NCBI GenBank assembly: GCA_964016885.1
Contig: CAXHJY010000562.1
Coordinates: 798-64,797, forward strand
Source of the DNA: Eledone cirrhosa
Lineage: Eukaryota
Direction: 5' to 3'
DNA length: 64,000 bases
Every line of letters starts with the position of its first letter. Within the stretch, counting starts at the first letter, position 1. Below are positions 24,838 to 37,090 of this stretch, in pieces. The notes under the pieces were generated by a model. That model was not told the DNA's origin and did no database searches. It saw only the letters and a list, made by a program, of their open reading frames with translations. The translations under genes and the position numbers were made by a program.

Positions 24838-24905
24838 TCGATAAAATAAAGTACCAGTAATGCACTGGTTAAATGCTGACCTTGTTCCTAAAGTAGAATC
24901 AATTA
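24838..24905 (+). mobile_element. SINE family A, 3' fragment
   Basis: TCGATAAAATAAAGTACCAGTAATGCACTGG..CCTAAAGTAGAA, directly after the TA array. Confidence 0.75.
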
Positions 24906-25240
24906 ATACTAACTACAATAGTAAGCAGATGTTAATACTATCTCTCTCTCTCCCGATTTCTCTTTCTCTCTCTCCGTATTGTTTAAATAACGACAATGAC
25001 AATGATAAACAGTTTATAAACATTACATTTAGAGCAACACGGCCTCGTTGCCTTCTTTCTGTATCGATATCACATCGATCTATGACTTGCACAGTTGTTT
25101 TATTTATTATTTCTTTCCATCATTCATATTTTTTCCTCTTCTTTTCTCTGCATTTCTCCCTCTTTGAATGTTTCTATCTTTCTCTCGATTTGTTTGTTTC
25201 TCGCTCTGTCTTACTGTCTTTCGTCCTCTCTATCTCTCTA

Positions 25241-25395
25241 TCGATCTGATTGTCACTATCTAATTCCCCCCTCTCTCTCGATCTGATTATGTCACTATCT
25301 CATTCACCCCTCTCTCTCCCTCTCTCGATTTGATTATGTCACTATCTCATTCCCTCTCTCTCTTTCGATCTGATTATGTCACTATCTCATTCTTT
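25241..25395. repeat. Minisatellite, ~40-bp unit x4, in a CT-rich tract
   Basis: TCGATCTGATTATGTCACTATCTCATTC(C/T)n repeated at ~25241, 25278, 25325 and 25365. Confidence 0.8.
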
Positions 25396-25656
25396 CTCTC
25401 TGTCTAGCTGTCACTCGCTCAATCTCTCTCTCTGTCTCTCTTTCAATCTCTGTCTCTGGCTCAATCTCTCTCTCTCTCGCTCGCTCTCTCTCTTCATCGC
25501 CATCTATCCTTTTTTGTCTGTTTTTCTCTGTCGCGGTTTGTCTCTTTCCTATCATGTGTCTCAGTATTTTCTCATACCATCAATTCAATATGTAAATAAA
25601 TGCTTTACGTAAAACACAAATGCTATTTATTTATTCCTATTCTCGGAGAATCGCAC

Positions 25657-25690
<34 letters not shown>

Positions 25691-26204
25691 TTCTACTTTG
25701 CTAAATGGTGGCAGTTAGCGGATTGCTTGCTTGTTTGAGAGGAAGGTTAGTTGAGTTGTATTGAATTAATGAGTCTGGTCACATTATTGCTGTCCGGGGT
25801 AGAGGAGACTAGAAGAAATTGCCATGGGTCGAGTTTCACGTGATGTCATTTTTAGGAAGTCAGTTTAATCCAGAGCGATTTCTTTGACTCGAGTTTAGAC
25901 AGAGTGTATACTAATAGACCCGTGCCATTACCAATGACGGCAATAGCGTGGAACGTATTTAAATTTTGGAGTCTAGGATTGGTATGTCATATATATCAAG
26001 ATTACCGAATATATGAACAATCTTAGAAGCTCAAATTTTATTTTTGATAAATTAATGGTTTACACAAAAGAAACCCTATAGTTTACGTTGATTGCTGACA
26101 CGTGGAAGTGAGTAAAGATAAAAAATGATATAATATTTCTTGGATATTATTGCATAAGTGTCCTGCATGTATATATAAATGACATCTTCTTCACCCACTT
26201 ATTT

Positions 26205-26460
26205 CTGAGATGGTCGTGGGGGAAGAGACCTCAAACACTTCTTCCAGCGGGTCCTATCAGAAGCAATTGTCTCCAGCTGATCCGGCTGGATCCTCAAACG
26301 AGACCAGCCAAGCTTATAGATGTTATCCAACTATCTTGTTCGGAGTCTACCCCTGCGTCTCCTGCCAGTTGGTTTTGCCCGTAAAATCTGTCCAGCGATT
26401 CTTTCCCGAGACATTCTAACCACATGTCCATAGTATCGGAGCTGTGATCTCTCAATTCGG
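26205..26460 (-). mobile_element. Old RTE-clade LINE C-terminal fragment
   Basis: Minus strand reads GHVVRMSRERIAGQILRAKPTGRRRRG...RW.DNI; homologous to 40930-41170. Confidence 0.75.
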
Positions 26461-27216
26461 AGAAGTATCTGCTCTATCTGGACATACAGTATTAAATGTG
26501 AGCAACTTTGAAGAAATAACTATTTACAAGAACCAGTGTAAGGTTAGAACACAGGACTGTGTAAAGCGAACTTCTTATTGTAGAAACATGACTGAGATAA
26601 AAAAAAAAAAAAAGAAATGGATTGTGAGTGTGTGTATTATGGTTGATAATTATTTCATGCATTTTTTCGGGGTACAAGTTTGACCGCATATATCCCCCAC
26701 AAGAATGTTTTCAGTCCAATTAAATATGTCACCAAAATCGATGTAACCTTTTAATTTATTTTAACATAATATATATGATAAAATAAATGTTTCACTCACA
26801 AGGTTGGCTTAACAACCATTGATAATTACATAGATATGAAAAAGAAAGATAAAAACAAAATTAAGTCATGAGAAAAAGGGGGAAAGGTAAAGAAGGGCCG
26901 ATCTGGCTGTATGGGAAGTAGAGGAAAGGACTATAAATATCACAAATGAGAAGAAAAAAAGAGGGGCGGGAAGCAAGGACTTTTGGGCCACAGAAGAAAG
27001 TGAGGGAGAATGGTGAGAGGGTGATGAGCTCCGGGCCTAGCGCGGGGCTTTGTTTTTTGATGTCAAATCGTGTCAAATTAAAATTTGGTCGATAACTTGA
27101 TGGTCGACAATGTTTCTAAATGTCATGATTATCAACTTGTTTATCTCAGTAAAGGTAAAACAAATGAAGTATGTAAGAGTGTGGGTGACAGTCCTCAGAC
27201 GAAAGGGTTTACAATG

Positions 27217-27255
<39 letters not shown>

Positions 27256-27412
27256 CTAAACAGTTAAAATATGTGCATGTCTTAGTATTTAAGTTCATAT
27301 ATGTTATATATAAGGGCGGTGGAAAGATAGGAAACGGAAAACGAGGAAGAGACAGGTACATCGACAATTCCTGCTCATCAGCCGTCTTCCTGAGGATCAT
27401 TATAGTTTCCAA

Positions 27413-27592
27413 AGGGCGGTGAATTAACAGTATCGGTAGAGGGTCGGACGGTATAGAGTTACGGCCTTTTCCATTCTGAGTTCAAATCTCACCGAGGTTA
27501 ACTTTGCCTTTCATCCTTATGGGGTCGATAAAATAAAATACCAGTAATGCACTGGGTAATTGCTGGCCTTGTGCCAAAAGTAGAAACAATTA
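27413..27592 (+). mobile_element. SINE family A
   Basis: GGGCGGTGAATTAACAG head, B-box GAGTTCAAATC, shared core and tail. Confidence 0.85.
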
Positions 27593-28337
27593 ATGTTATA
27601 TACACCCTCATTCCTCTTTTGAGGTGTGATTTGAAAGAGATTTGATTGCTATTTCTTACTGGTCGAATGGCCACGCAGAGGCTTTTAGTTTGGTTCTGGT
27701 TTTCTCAAGGACGATTAAGTTAGCACAAAACACAGAATAATGGTCAACAAGAAATAATAATACAATTTTTATTCACAGTTGTATAAATAACATTACAAAC
27801 TGTTCACAATTCTTTCAGAATGAAAATATAAACACATATAATAAATACAATTAACTATTGCTAGGAACCTTACAAATACACCGTACCAAAATATACGATC
27901 AAAGCGAGAGGAAGAATAAATAAAAGGGGAGGACAAAATCCAAAACGACTATCAATTCACCACCAAGTAAGACAATCGGCCACGCATCACAAGAGGCAAC
28001 GGTCAACAAAACTTACATCGTCTAATTTTATTTATTCGTTTCAAGTATAAATTCGCTGTATATGATCACTTCGCCGGGGTTTTTGGAGGGAGGTGTGGAG
28101 GAGACTCATGCGTAGATACAAATATATTAAGGCTTGATGCAAGCGATAATATTATTTCTCGATTCCTTTCCTCCATAAAAATCACTTTATTTAGATCAGG
28201 GTTCCCCAGGTATGTACAAAAATTTATAACTGTATAAATAAATTAGGAAATAGCACATAAAAATAAATAGACAGTCAAAACTAATTTTATATAAATCAGA
28301 AACCTGAATTTGAAAATGGTATTTTACTATATTGTTT

Positions 28338-28548
28338 TTGGCAGAATCTGTAGAGCGTCGGACAATATGCTTTGTGGTATATAGTTACGTCCCTTTACGT
28401 TCTGAGTTCAAATTCCGCCGAGGTTAGCTTTTCCTTTCATCCTTACAAGGTCGATAAAATAACGTACCTGTAATACACTGGAGTCAATTCAATTGACTTT
28501 CCCTCCCCCCCAAAATTGCTGGCCTTGTGCCTAAATTAAAAACCATTA
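28338..28548 (+). mobile_element. SINE family A (long-tail form)
   Basis: TGGCAGAATC..GAGTTCAAATTCCGCCGAGG..core..GAGTCAATTCAATTGAC..GCCTTGTGCC. Confidence 0.85.
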
Positions 28549-29014
28549 TCTTATGTATTTCTATTTCTTATACAAATGTCAGGTTTGGACCCAAACGTTC
28601 AATCGACAAGTAATCCCACTTAACAAGTAATCCCACTAAACAAGTAATCACACTAAATAGGTAGGTTCGTAGGCCTTTTGAGTAGGGCCTATATCGACCA
28701 CTTTAGATAACCCTCATTTAAATGATGTAAATACATAATTTAGAACATAATTCACAGCAGCAGACGACAGCCACGTCTGGTCTCTATGTTACGGGATATA
28801 AATACAAAAGTTTATCCGAATTGTTGTTTGTATCTGACAGTTACTCTGGTAAAACCACAAATCAATCAACAAGCATTGATATTGAATTGCTTATCAATTT
28901 TCCTCATTTTCCACAACGAGAGTGCTGCAAATACTTCGAAATTGATTAGAACTTGACCTTGTTCTTGTGAAAACAAAGATCAGTAAGTTGAAAAGTAAGT
29001 GAGTCGTTAAAATT

Positions 29015-29330
29015 CAGCATAGCCGAATGGTTAAGGAACTCGCTTCGCAATCATTAGTTCTTAAGTTCCATCCCATTACTTGGTCTCTTGGGCAGTCGTA
29101 TTTATTATAGCTTGGAGTCTACCCATACCTTGTGAGTGAAATTCGGGCTAGCAGGAACTGTTTGGAAGCCTGTCGGATGGACTGTACCTGTAATTCTAAG
29201 AGCCTGCCTTGTTACATACGGTGTCACGCTGAATCTTCCTGAGATTTTTGTGAAGGGTACTGGTGATAGTGGAATGCTCAGCCACTTGCACGTTAATTTC
29301 ACGAACAAGCGGTTCCAACTGAAGCAACTA
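29015..29330 (+). mobile_element. tRNA-derived SINE (family C), degenerate
   Basis: Head TAGCCGAATGGTTAAG; body CTTGGGCAG..TATAGC..CCTTGTGAGTGAAATT..GGAACTG..GAAGCCTGTCG; related to 43030-43290 (-). Confidence 0.65.
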
Positions 29331-29623
29331 GATGTTATGTTAGATTCTAATAATCAGAACAAATAAAACATCAACATAAGTATATATTTTCTAGTGAACC
29401 CGTGCAGTCAATACTGGATATATTAATAATCATACGAACTGGCAAATTTGTATTTTGATGAATTAATGGTTTACATAAGAGAAAACCTATAGTTTATGTT
29501 GATTATGGACGTGATTAAGGATAAAAATGATATTTTGATAATTTATTTCTAGGATATAATTACATAAATGTTTAGCATGTATGTACAAATCACATACAGG
29601 GTTAAATCTATAAGTATATTTAT

Positions 29624-29961
29624 AGATATTGTTATACTTTGGGAGGGTCATGTTGCCAATAAAAACACACCTCTGGTTTTCACTTCAATTCATTATAAGT
29701 TTCCGGTTGGTTGGTTTGTTCGATAACCAGAAGGTTCATATATTGTCTAAGCTCTTTCGTCACACATTTTGTGATCTCCTCAGTGACTAGGTTTATATTT
29801 TGTGTGTCTCTCCTTTGTTCTATTCTACACCATCTTGTTTTTGTGTGTTGTGTCCGGTTATCGAACCAACCAACCGGAAATCTATAATATATTGAACTGA
29901 AAACCAACAGGTGTATGTGTTTTCATTGACAACATGACCCTCCCAAAGTATAACAATATCT
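29624..29961. mobile_element. Penelope pLTR-derived inverted-repeat element
   Basis: Inverted arms of ~105 bp (29624-29728 and 29856-29961); the end CAACATGACCCTCCCAAAGTATAACAATAT also terminates the Penelope copy at ~53278-53307. Confidence 0.85.
29744..29789 (-). ncRNA. Degenerate minimal type I hammerhead ribozyme
   Basis: Minus strand: AGTCA CTGAGGA G A TCACA AAATG TGTGA C GAAA GAGC TT AGAC. Confidence 0.6.
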
Positions 29962-30117
29962 GTTTCAACACACGTTTTCAGATAAGAAATCTCGCAAAAC
30001 AAATTTAAAAACGAATTATATTTATAGAAATATCTATTTACTGGGACAAATGTAGTGTTAGAACACAGGATCTTGTGATTGGAAACGTATATATACATAT
30101 ATATATATACACAAACG

Positions 30118-30240
30118 TAGCACAAGGCCAGCAATTGTGGGGGAAGGGAAAGTCAATTAAATCGACTCCAGTGCGTTACTGGTACTTATTAATCCCGTAA
30201 GGATGAAAGGCAAAGCTAACCTTGGTGGGATTTGAACTCC
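30118..30240 (-). mobile_element. SINE family A
   Basis: Reverse complement of core and tail, ending GGATTTGAACTC. Confidence 0.8.
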
Positions 30241-30904
30241 GAGACGGTCTAGTAATAAAAGTTTACCCAACATTTAAATTCATTGTGGTTTTATTTTATT
30301 TTATTATTTTTAAAAATCTAAATATGTATTTTTTAAAGATTTCATTAGCGTGTGGTTTCATATGTGAAATTTCTCCAGCGGTCCAAGAGTTTATCACTTA
30401 TTATTATTTTATTTTTGTATTAGTAAGGTATAGAAAACTGATGGTTAAAATTTACGAGCGCCACCTAGATGTCAAAACTTGAAAATCGTTTAAGATCCCA
30501 ACGTGCTTCAAAAACAATTAATGCTTGTCTCCATACATATATGTATTGTAAGGGCCCGTAATTTCTGGTGGAGCCATAGGAAGGTGTCTGCCGTACATGA
30601 ATATGATATCAAGTAGGAATCTCCCGTTTGAATTTCGATGGGATAAGTTCATTGCTGTTAGGCGGTGGGTCAGCAGTCTTACTAAAGGGGTGACCTGATA
30701 CGGTATCCTCCCTTCGAGGCAATCGGGTCACGGGGATCCGTTGTGACTGGCCGGGGAGCCTCACCCTAGCTTTTCCGACCACTAGCTTAGCGGTCCCCAG
30801 CAGCCGTATGATTCTACTCTTGAACCGATTCATTGTAGGTTTCGAACGCACTTGAATACAGCCAATGACTTTTTTTTTCCAGAGAGGAAGTAAGAAAGAG
30901 ATAC

Positions 30905-31075
30905 AGAAAGAAGAATCGGCCTGCATTGGTGCTTTTTTTTTATCGCTCTTGAAAGGATGGAAGAGAAAGTTGACATTGGCGGGATTTAAACGCAAAGTGC
31001 AGAGAGCCGGAACAAACACTGCAAAGCATTTTATCCAACGCTATAACGATTCTGCCAATTCGCCGCCGACGATTC
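30905..31075 (-). mobile_element. SINE family A, older copy
   Basis: GATTCTGCCAATTCGCCGCC head; GGCGGGATTTAAAC and GAAAGGATGGAAG core, reverse complement. Confidence 0.7.
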
Positions 31076-31177
31076 TATATGGAAATTGGTCTGTAGTGGC
31101 CATTTCCTCTCGAGCAGATGTAACTCTGTGTGCGTGTGTGAGCAAGTTTTATTCATTCTTTCTTAACATCTCCACCA

Positions 31178-31233
<56 letters not shown>

Positions 31234-31824
31234 GGAGGGAGGCAATATATATGAGAGAGAGATAATCTCTCGCACTGTTATCTGTCTGCTCCTTCCATAA
31301 TAACGATGTCGCTTTATCAATTTATTAACGCTCAATTCTTTTCCATTACACATTCAACCCGTTCATTTCAGTTGCAAGGAACGGTTTTATATCATTGCTC
31401 ATCTCTCACTGCCATACTAAATGGCATTTTTTTACAGAAGTCTCAGTATGATATCTAGCCTCAATACTATAACTAGCCTTATCTCTGTCATTTATTAAGT
31501 TACATGGCATAAGTTATCTCTCACTTGAAGCGAGCTATCAGAGCAGTATATTATAGACGTTTTGTGTTTAATCGTGCTCTTGTTGTTTAGATACTCCACT
31601 GCATATTGTGCTCTGGAATATCTAAAGCGTCCATTTCTTGTTGGTCTATAACACCTCCCACAGCACATTGACTGCCCATTATGTGCAATGAGAAGTATTT
31701 TCTTTTCAATTAATTCCTTGTTTCATTCTACTAAATAGTACAGTGGGACTATCCATAACTTAAAAGACCATTTGGTTTGCCCAAAGTCGGCGTTATCTCT
31801 CTCTCTCTCTATATATATATATAA

Positions 31825-31859
<35 letters not shown>

Positions 31860-31860
31860 A

Positions 31861-31895
<35 letters not shown>

Positions 31896-31904
31896 AATAT
31901 AAAT

Positions 31905-32020
31905 GCGTGTGGCTGAGTGGTTAGAGAATTGGATTCACAATCTTAAGGTTGTGAGTTCGATTCCTGGACCGGGCGATAGTTATGTCCTTGAGCAAGAAAC
32001 TTTATTTCATGTTGCTCCTT
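31905..32020 (+). mobile_element. tRNA-derived SINE (family B) head
   Basis: A-box TGGCTGAGTGG, B-box GAGTTCGATTCC, then TGTCCTTGAGCAAGAAACTTTATTTC. Confidence 0.8.
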
Positions 32021-33434
32021 ATACCTGGAGTTGCGACCGATAGATAGTACTAGCAACTGGAAAGACCGATGGAAACATTGTTTCCTCGGTCCGATTTGAC
32101 GAAAGTCGATCGATCCTTTATATTTATATATATATACTGCTTGTTCAAGGCACATAGAAGTACTTTGTACCTCCTCGAAAACATCGAGGTAACAATGTCA
32201 CATTGTCTCTTTTGAGAAAAATCAGGAAAAATCAGACAGCGGTAGGAGTTAGAAAAATAGTTTTCTCTCTTACATTAGGTGATACGATTTCGTGTGGAAC
32301 AGCACGTTGAGCCATACAATACCTTTATTCCCCCTACCCCCCGACAGCGTATGTTCAAAACCGCGCAAGATGCGGACATCCACTGTATTTTATCATAAAT
32401 AAACTTGTTACTTTTCAGGTTTTTTACCTGAAGCTCATGTTTCTAAGTTTCGAACTTTTTGAAGTTAAGTTCAACATTCAAAAGTCCCCCCCCCCCCCGC
32501 GTCACACACACACTTGATGTCTTTAATGTTTATCTCGAATTAAATATGTTTGAAAATAAACTTTGAAGAGCATTCTGACTTCACTTCATGTTATAACTAT
32601 ATTTTAGAGCGACTACAAATATCTTCTTTTGAGCACCTCCCCAAAACTATCAAAAACCTTCTCTGGGCTAACAAACGGTACACTTACTGACTATTCTCTT
32701 CAGATAAGGGGTAAAATCAATTATCTCAGTTTCATTACGCAATTGGTACTTACGTTATCGACCCGGACTAAATGAAAAATACAGCCGGAGTAAATTCTTC
32801 TTGTAATTAAACTATGTGTTTCTGTAATTATAACATATTTTGTATTTCTGTCTTAACCTTCATCTAGATCAGAGTTTCATAAACTTTTTGAGGTCACTCT
32901 TCCCCTCTAGACACTATAATACTTCATCAATGCCCAACCGTAATGTTAATTTATTTTTATTTGAGCATTTTGTATAAGAATTACACGACTATTCGTTGTT
33001 GGTTTCTTTTCTTAGTCAAAAGATCCGACACGGCACTAAATATACTTTCATACTAAATATGACAATGGAAACGCAATTAGAAACATCCACAATGGCTCAT
33101 AATCCAGGATAAAGATTTATAATTTGATGCAACAACTGTTAGGAAGATCCACAGGTGAGAATCGAAATATCAACGTCAAACTATCAAGAAAGACGAAGTC
33201 ATTGCTTTTCTACGAATGTAAATAATCCACTCGGCGGGGACGCAGATGTGTGAATGTTTGGTATGTAAAATGGGTTGGTCGAAACTAGGACTACAAATAT
33301 CACACCTTGGTCAAAACTAGGACAAGTATCACTTATTGGGAGAAACTACTATTGTCAAATCAGAATATGGCACGCATGCACGTTCCAGAACCTTCTAAAG
33401 TCTTAACTATATATATATATATTAATAAAGTATG

Positions 33435-33728
33435 GGATGAGTTCCTAGAAAGTTCCCCTCCGAGGCACAAGTCCGGCCAAGTTGTTTGTGAAAGGCCAGC
33501 AGTTGCCCATGCGTACCGGTCTCTCTTCTCCACACCACCTATGTTGTCGAAGGAAAGGCAATGGCCGATACAACTTGGCAGCAGTGACATCACAACTCAT
33601 TCCTACAGCTGAGTGAACTGGAACATGAAATAAAGTGTTTTGCTCAACGCAAAGCCCGGTCCGAGAATCGAACTCACAACCTCGTGATTGTAAGTCCGAT
33701 GCTCAAACCGCTAAGCCATGCGCCTTCA
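33435..33728 (-). mobile_element. tRNA-derived SINE (family B)
   Basis: Minus strand: GGCGCATGGCTTAGCGG..GAGTTCGATTCTCGGACCGGG..GAGCAAAACACTTTATTTC..CACTCAGCTG. Confidence 0.8.
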
Positions 33729-33869
33729 CATATATTAATATAGAGGTCGTTTGTACACCTTCAAAGGGTCAGTGTTTCATAATACATTCATTTATTCATC
33801 TTTTTGTGTTCATTTCAATTGATACAAAAAACAACATAACAGCAACCAAAAGTTATAGTACACATTCTT

Positions 33870-34190
33870 AAATTTGCAGCACTGACTGATCAGAGTCCCC
33901 ATAGTCAGAGTCCCCACAGTCACATGCTGGGATGTCTTTCATTTTCCATCGTTGGAGATGATGTTCTGCTGGTCTGGCATGTGTTGCGCGTATCCAATTA
34001 AGGGACATCCATTGTCCTCTAAGACGGCCGAAACCGGCTGGTTTAGATGTGGGGTTCTGGACGAGGTCATGGTTGGTAAATTTGGATTAATTCCGTGATC
34101 TTCGCCACTCTTCCTTCAGACCATCAGATCGTCTGCAGGTTTCCCTGGTGTACGGATGGTAATGACCTTGGCTTCTCTCCAGATGAACTC
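33870..34190 (-). mobile_element. I/Ingi-group LINE remnant with internal deletion
   Basis: Minus translation WREAKVITIRTPGKPADD joined to C-terminal GQWMSLNWIR...RWKMKDIPACDCG (zinc-knuckle-like). Confidence 0.6.
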
Positions 34191-34319
34191 TCCTCGTTTC
34201 AAATTATGTTTAAACAATATGCTTCGAAGAAGATAAATGTACATCAGAGTTTCCGTTAGAGTTTTGGTATGGGGTGGCGGTCCTAAATACATATATACCG
34301 TACATGTGTATTTACGTCC

Positions 34320-34445
34320 CTTTATGATCTGAGTTCAAATCCCGCCGAGGTTAACTTTGCCTTTCATCCTTACGGGGTCGATAAAATAAAGTACCAGTAA
34401 TACACTGGATAATTGCTGGCCTTGTGCCAAAAGTAGAAATAATTA
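34320..34445 (+). mobile_element. SINE family A
   Basis: B-box, core and short-form tail. Confidence 0.85.
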
Positions 34446-35127
34446 TTATTAGCTCACGCTTTTTGATCACCAATACAAGACTAAGAAAGAAATTAAAAAC
34501 CTAAGAATTCTATCATATTTAGAGTCAATAGAAAATCAGTTGAGTAAAAACCAAAGCACAAGTATATGGAAAGAAATTATTGGAGGGGCTTAAGCGCCAA
34601 AAGGCCCTTAATACCGGAAGGCTTGTACATATGTCTTCATTTTAATCAAATTCAGCTCATTCCTTTGCAGCTTCAAATATAAATATGAACTATGATACAT
34701 TTAAACTTCAAGTTGTCTCGCTTGAAAATATCTTTGTTTTCAAAGAATTCCAAAACTGTTTCAAAAAGTGACCCAGACAAACTTAAAAAGCGATTAAACT
34801 CTTCAGTTTTGTTCACACAACTGTCTGAATAATCTGTTGTTTGAGAATTATTTCGGACTTAATTGCAGCAACAGGGCATAGTAATGATTGAGGCAAGCTA
34901 TCATAAGTATTTTGCAAATAAATGTTGTAATGCCTTACCTATATTTTTCACCCTGGTTCTTTTAAGTATGTCGGGAATCCCCGGTGACAGCCAACCCTCG
35001 GCTGAACCCTATTATTTGGATATGTCAGTATTATTGTAAAAAGAATCTATTTTTTTTTAAACGGCTTCTCCTCTAACAAGTGTTTTCGCTCATTCAGTAA
35101 ATGTTGTTAAATTTCTAGCAAATAATA

Positions 35128-35392
35128 GTTTCTGAATTTGGCATAAGGCCGGCAATTCTGGGGCAGGAGAAAGTCGATTAAATCGACCCCCAGTGCGTGA
35201 CGGTGCTTTATTTTATCGATCCCCGTAAGGATAAAAGGCAAAGCAAACCTCGGCGGGATTTGAAAACAGAACATAAAAGGTTGTAACTCTGTCACAAAGC
35301 AAACCTCGGCGGGATTTGAAAACGGAACATAAAAGGTTGTAACTCTGTCACAAAGCATGTTGTTCGACGCTCTACCGATACTGCCTGCCAAT
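35128..35392 (-). mobile_element. SINE family A with 56-bp internal tandem duplication
   Basis: AAAGCAAACCTCGGCGGGATTTGAAAAC..TCTGTCAC occurs twice (35240-35351). Confidence 0.85.
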
Positions 35393-35421
35393 CTAGCAAA
35401 TAGCAACACCTCTTTTATAAT

Positions 35422-35990
35422 CTAAACGTAAGTTAACATTAAAGCTTCATTTCCTGGTAGAGTTGATTCACTCAGTGTAGTGAAAAATTGGGCAGTCTTC
35501 AAAAAATTGTACAATGATTTTTCACATTCTCGCTCATTTATTTCATCAATTCGTCGGTATATTATTGTATTAATGTTCAAAGAAATTTTATTGATTATCC
35601 CAGTCGCTGGCTTAGGCTTGTACAACAACACAGTACGTAAAATCTCACAAACAGCCTTGCCACAAGTATGTGGCTTTCTTGATTTACTAATCAGTAATGA
35701 AATTTTGCAAGCGGCGCGTAACCCACCATTTTCTTGCATTGATGCAGATGAAAGCATACTTGACAGCACCAGCTGTTTGTAAAATGTCTATCGATGTGCT
35801 TTAAAATAAGATAAATCGTTAATTGTCTTATCAGCATGATTTTTTTTTTTTTTTTTTTAAAGTGCTGTTCTAATCTTGAAAGTTTTATAGATTCATTGGA
35901 AAACACTTTCTAGCAAATCAAGCTCATTGATAATGACTTATTTGTAGGTGAAGGAATACATCTTAAATATTCGATGTTTATTCTTTGGTT
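35422..35990 (-). pseudogene. Decayed hAT transposase N-terminal half (Buster/Charlie/ZBED5-like)
   Basis: IEYL..IPSP..LIC*KVFSNESIKLSRLEQH (BED finger); ISLLISKSRKPHT.G; NTI.RRIDE; ESTLPGNEALML.YV; contains stops and frameshifts. Confidence 0.85.
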
Positions 35991-36017
35991 TTATCATGGT
36001 TTATATCTATAAAAATG

Positions 36018-36263
36018 CAGTGTAACATCGGTTCACGAACGCCTCTCATCACGAACAAATTTTCCGAACATAAAACGTCTCGGTTCACGAACGGTGTTGT
36101 CCGCAACAACTGTTGGCAACAAACTGTGTAGTTAATTACTATGGCGATATCTGGCTCTCTTTCACACAGTCTCTCTCTCACAACATTTCGTATGGAAAAA
36201 AAATAATTTCAGTTTATGAACATTTCTGGTTACAAACGGCCTTCGCAAACCGATGTTCCACAG
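36018..36263. mobile_element. Tigger/pogo-like MITE
   Basis: Imperfect TIRs CAGTGTAACATCGGTT / AACCGATGTTCCACAG followed by TA; internal CACGAAC subrepeats. Confidence 0.65.
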
Positions 36264-36276
36264 TATATACTGTATT

Positions 36277-36366
36277 TTTGCCTTTCATCCTTACGGGGTC
36301 GATAAAATAAAGTACCAGTAATGCACTGGGTAATTGCTGGCCTTGTGCCTAAAGTAGAAACAATTA
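36277..36366 (+). mobile_element. SINE family A, 3' half
   Basis: Matches 19044-19132 almost exactly. Confidence 0.85.
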
Positions 36367-36819
36367 TAGATATACGTTATTTATATTATTCACAAACAAA
36401 GGTGATTGTTTTATGAGCAACTGCTAATTGGTATTCTAGGGTTCCACGACCCATTAGCGCCAGAAGGGCGGGGCGACATATGTGAGGAGATATTGGGCCC
36501 ACGTGAGTCTAAGGAATTAAAAGAATATAGAGAGGAATTATTCATCTCTTTCTCTCTGACACAGATGGTCCGTGGAATACAAATAACCCCAAATTTCATC
36601 CATGTCACGTGGGCTTTTAATTCCTCCGCGTAACAGATTCAACATGGCTCCTTGGTGTTCATACAAGAATGTATCTCTCTCGTTTATTCTTAACACCTTT
36701 GAAAAGGAGTTTTATCTCTAAGGTAACATTTCATTATCTTTGTTATGCTACTATATTTATTTAAAACAAAACGTAATAATGACCTCGGCTTATTTTGAAG
36801 ACATTACATATAAAGATTG

Positions 36820-37090
36820 TGGGGCGTGTGTCCAAGTGGTAAGAGTGTTGGACTTATGATCATAATGTCGTGGGTTCGATCCCAGGACTGGGCTGTGTTC
36901 TTAAACAAAACATTTTATTTCACGTTGCTCAAGTATACTCAGCTGAAAATGAGTAACAGCAACAGCTGGGGAGTTTAACCATGCGATGGACTGGCGTCAT
37001 GTCCAGGGAGGTAATTTTGTACTCTGAGAAGCTTCAAGCCACGAAAGCTGGGATGAACACTGACCTGATGGCCCCCTGGAGCTCGAGACA
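36820..37090 (+). mobile_element. tRNA-derived SINE (family B)
   Basis: GGGGCGTGTGTCCAAGTGGTAAGAG..GGTTCGATCCC..TTTATTTCACGTTGCTC..CTCAGCTG..GCGATGGACTGGCGTC. Confidence 0.8.

Noticed and set aside
25241-25395. CRISPR-like spaced repeats
   Set aside because: Spacers are similar CT runs rather than unique sequence; eukaryotic context with no cas genes
31905-32000. Possible tRNA gene (A and B boxes), also at 33650-33728 and 36820-36890
   Set aside because: No complete cloverleaf; continues into a shared SINE body
35422-35990. Domesticated ZBED-type host gene
   Set aside because: Stops, frameshifts, truncation and an adjacent SINE indicate a dead transposon
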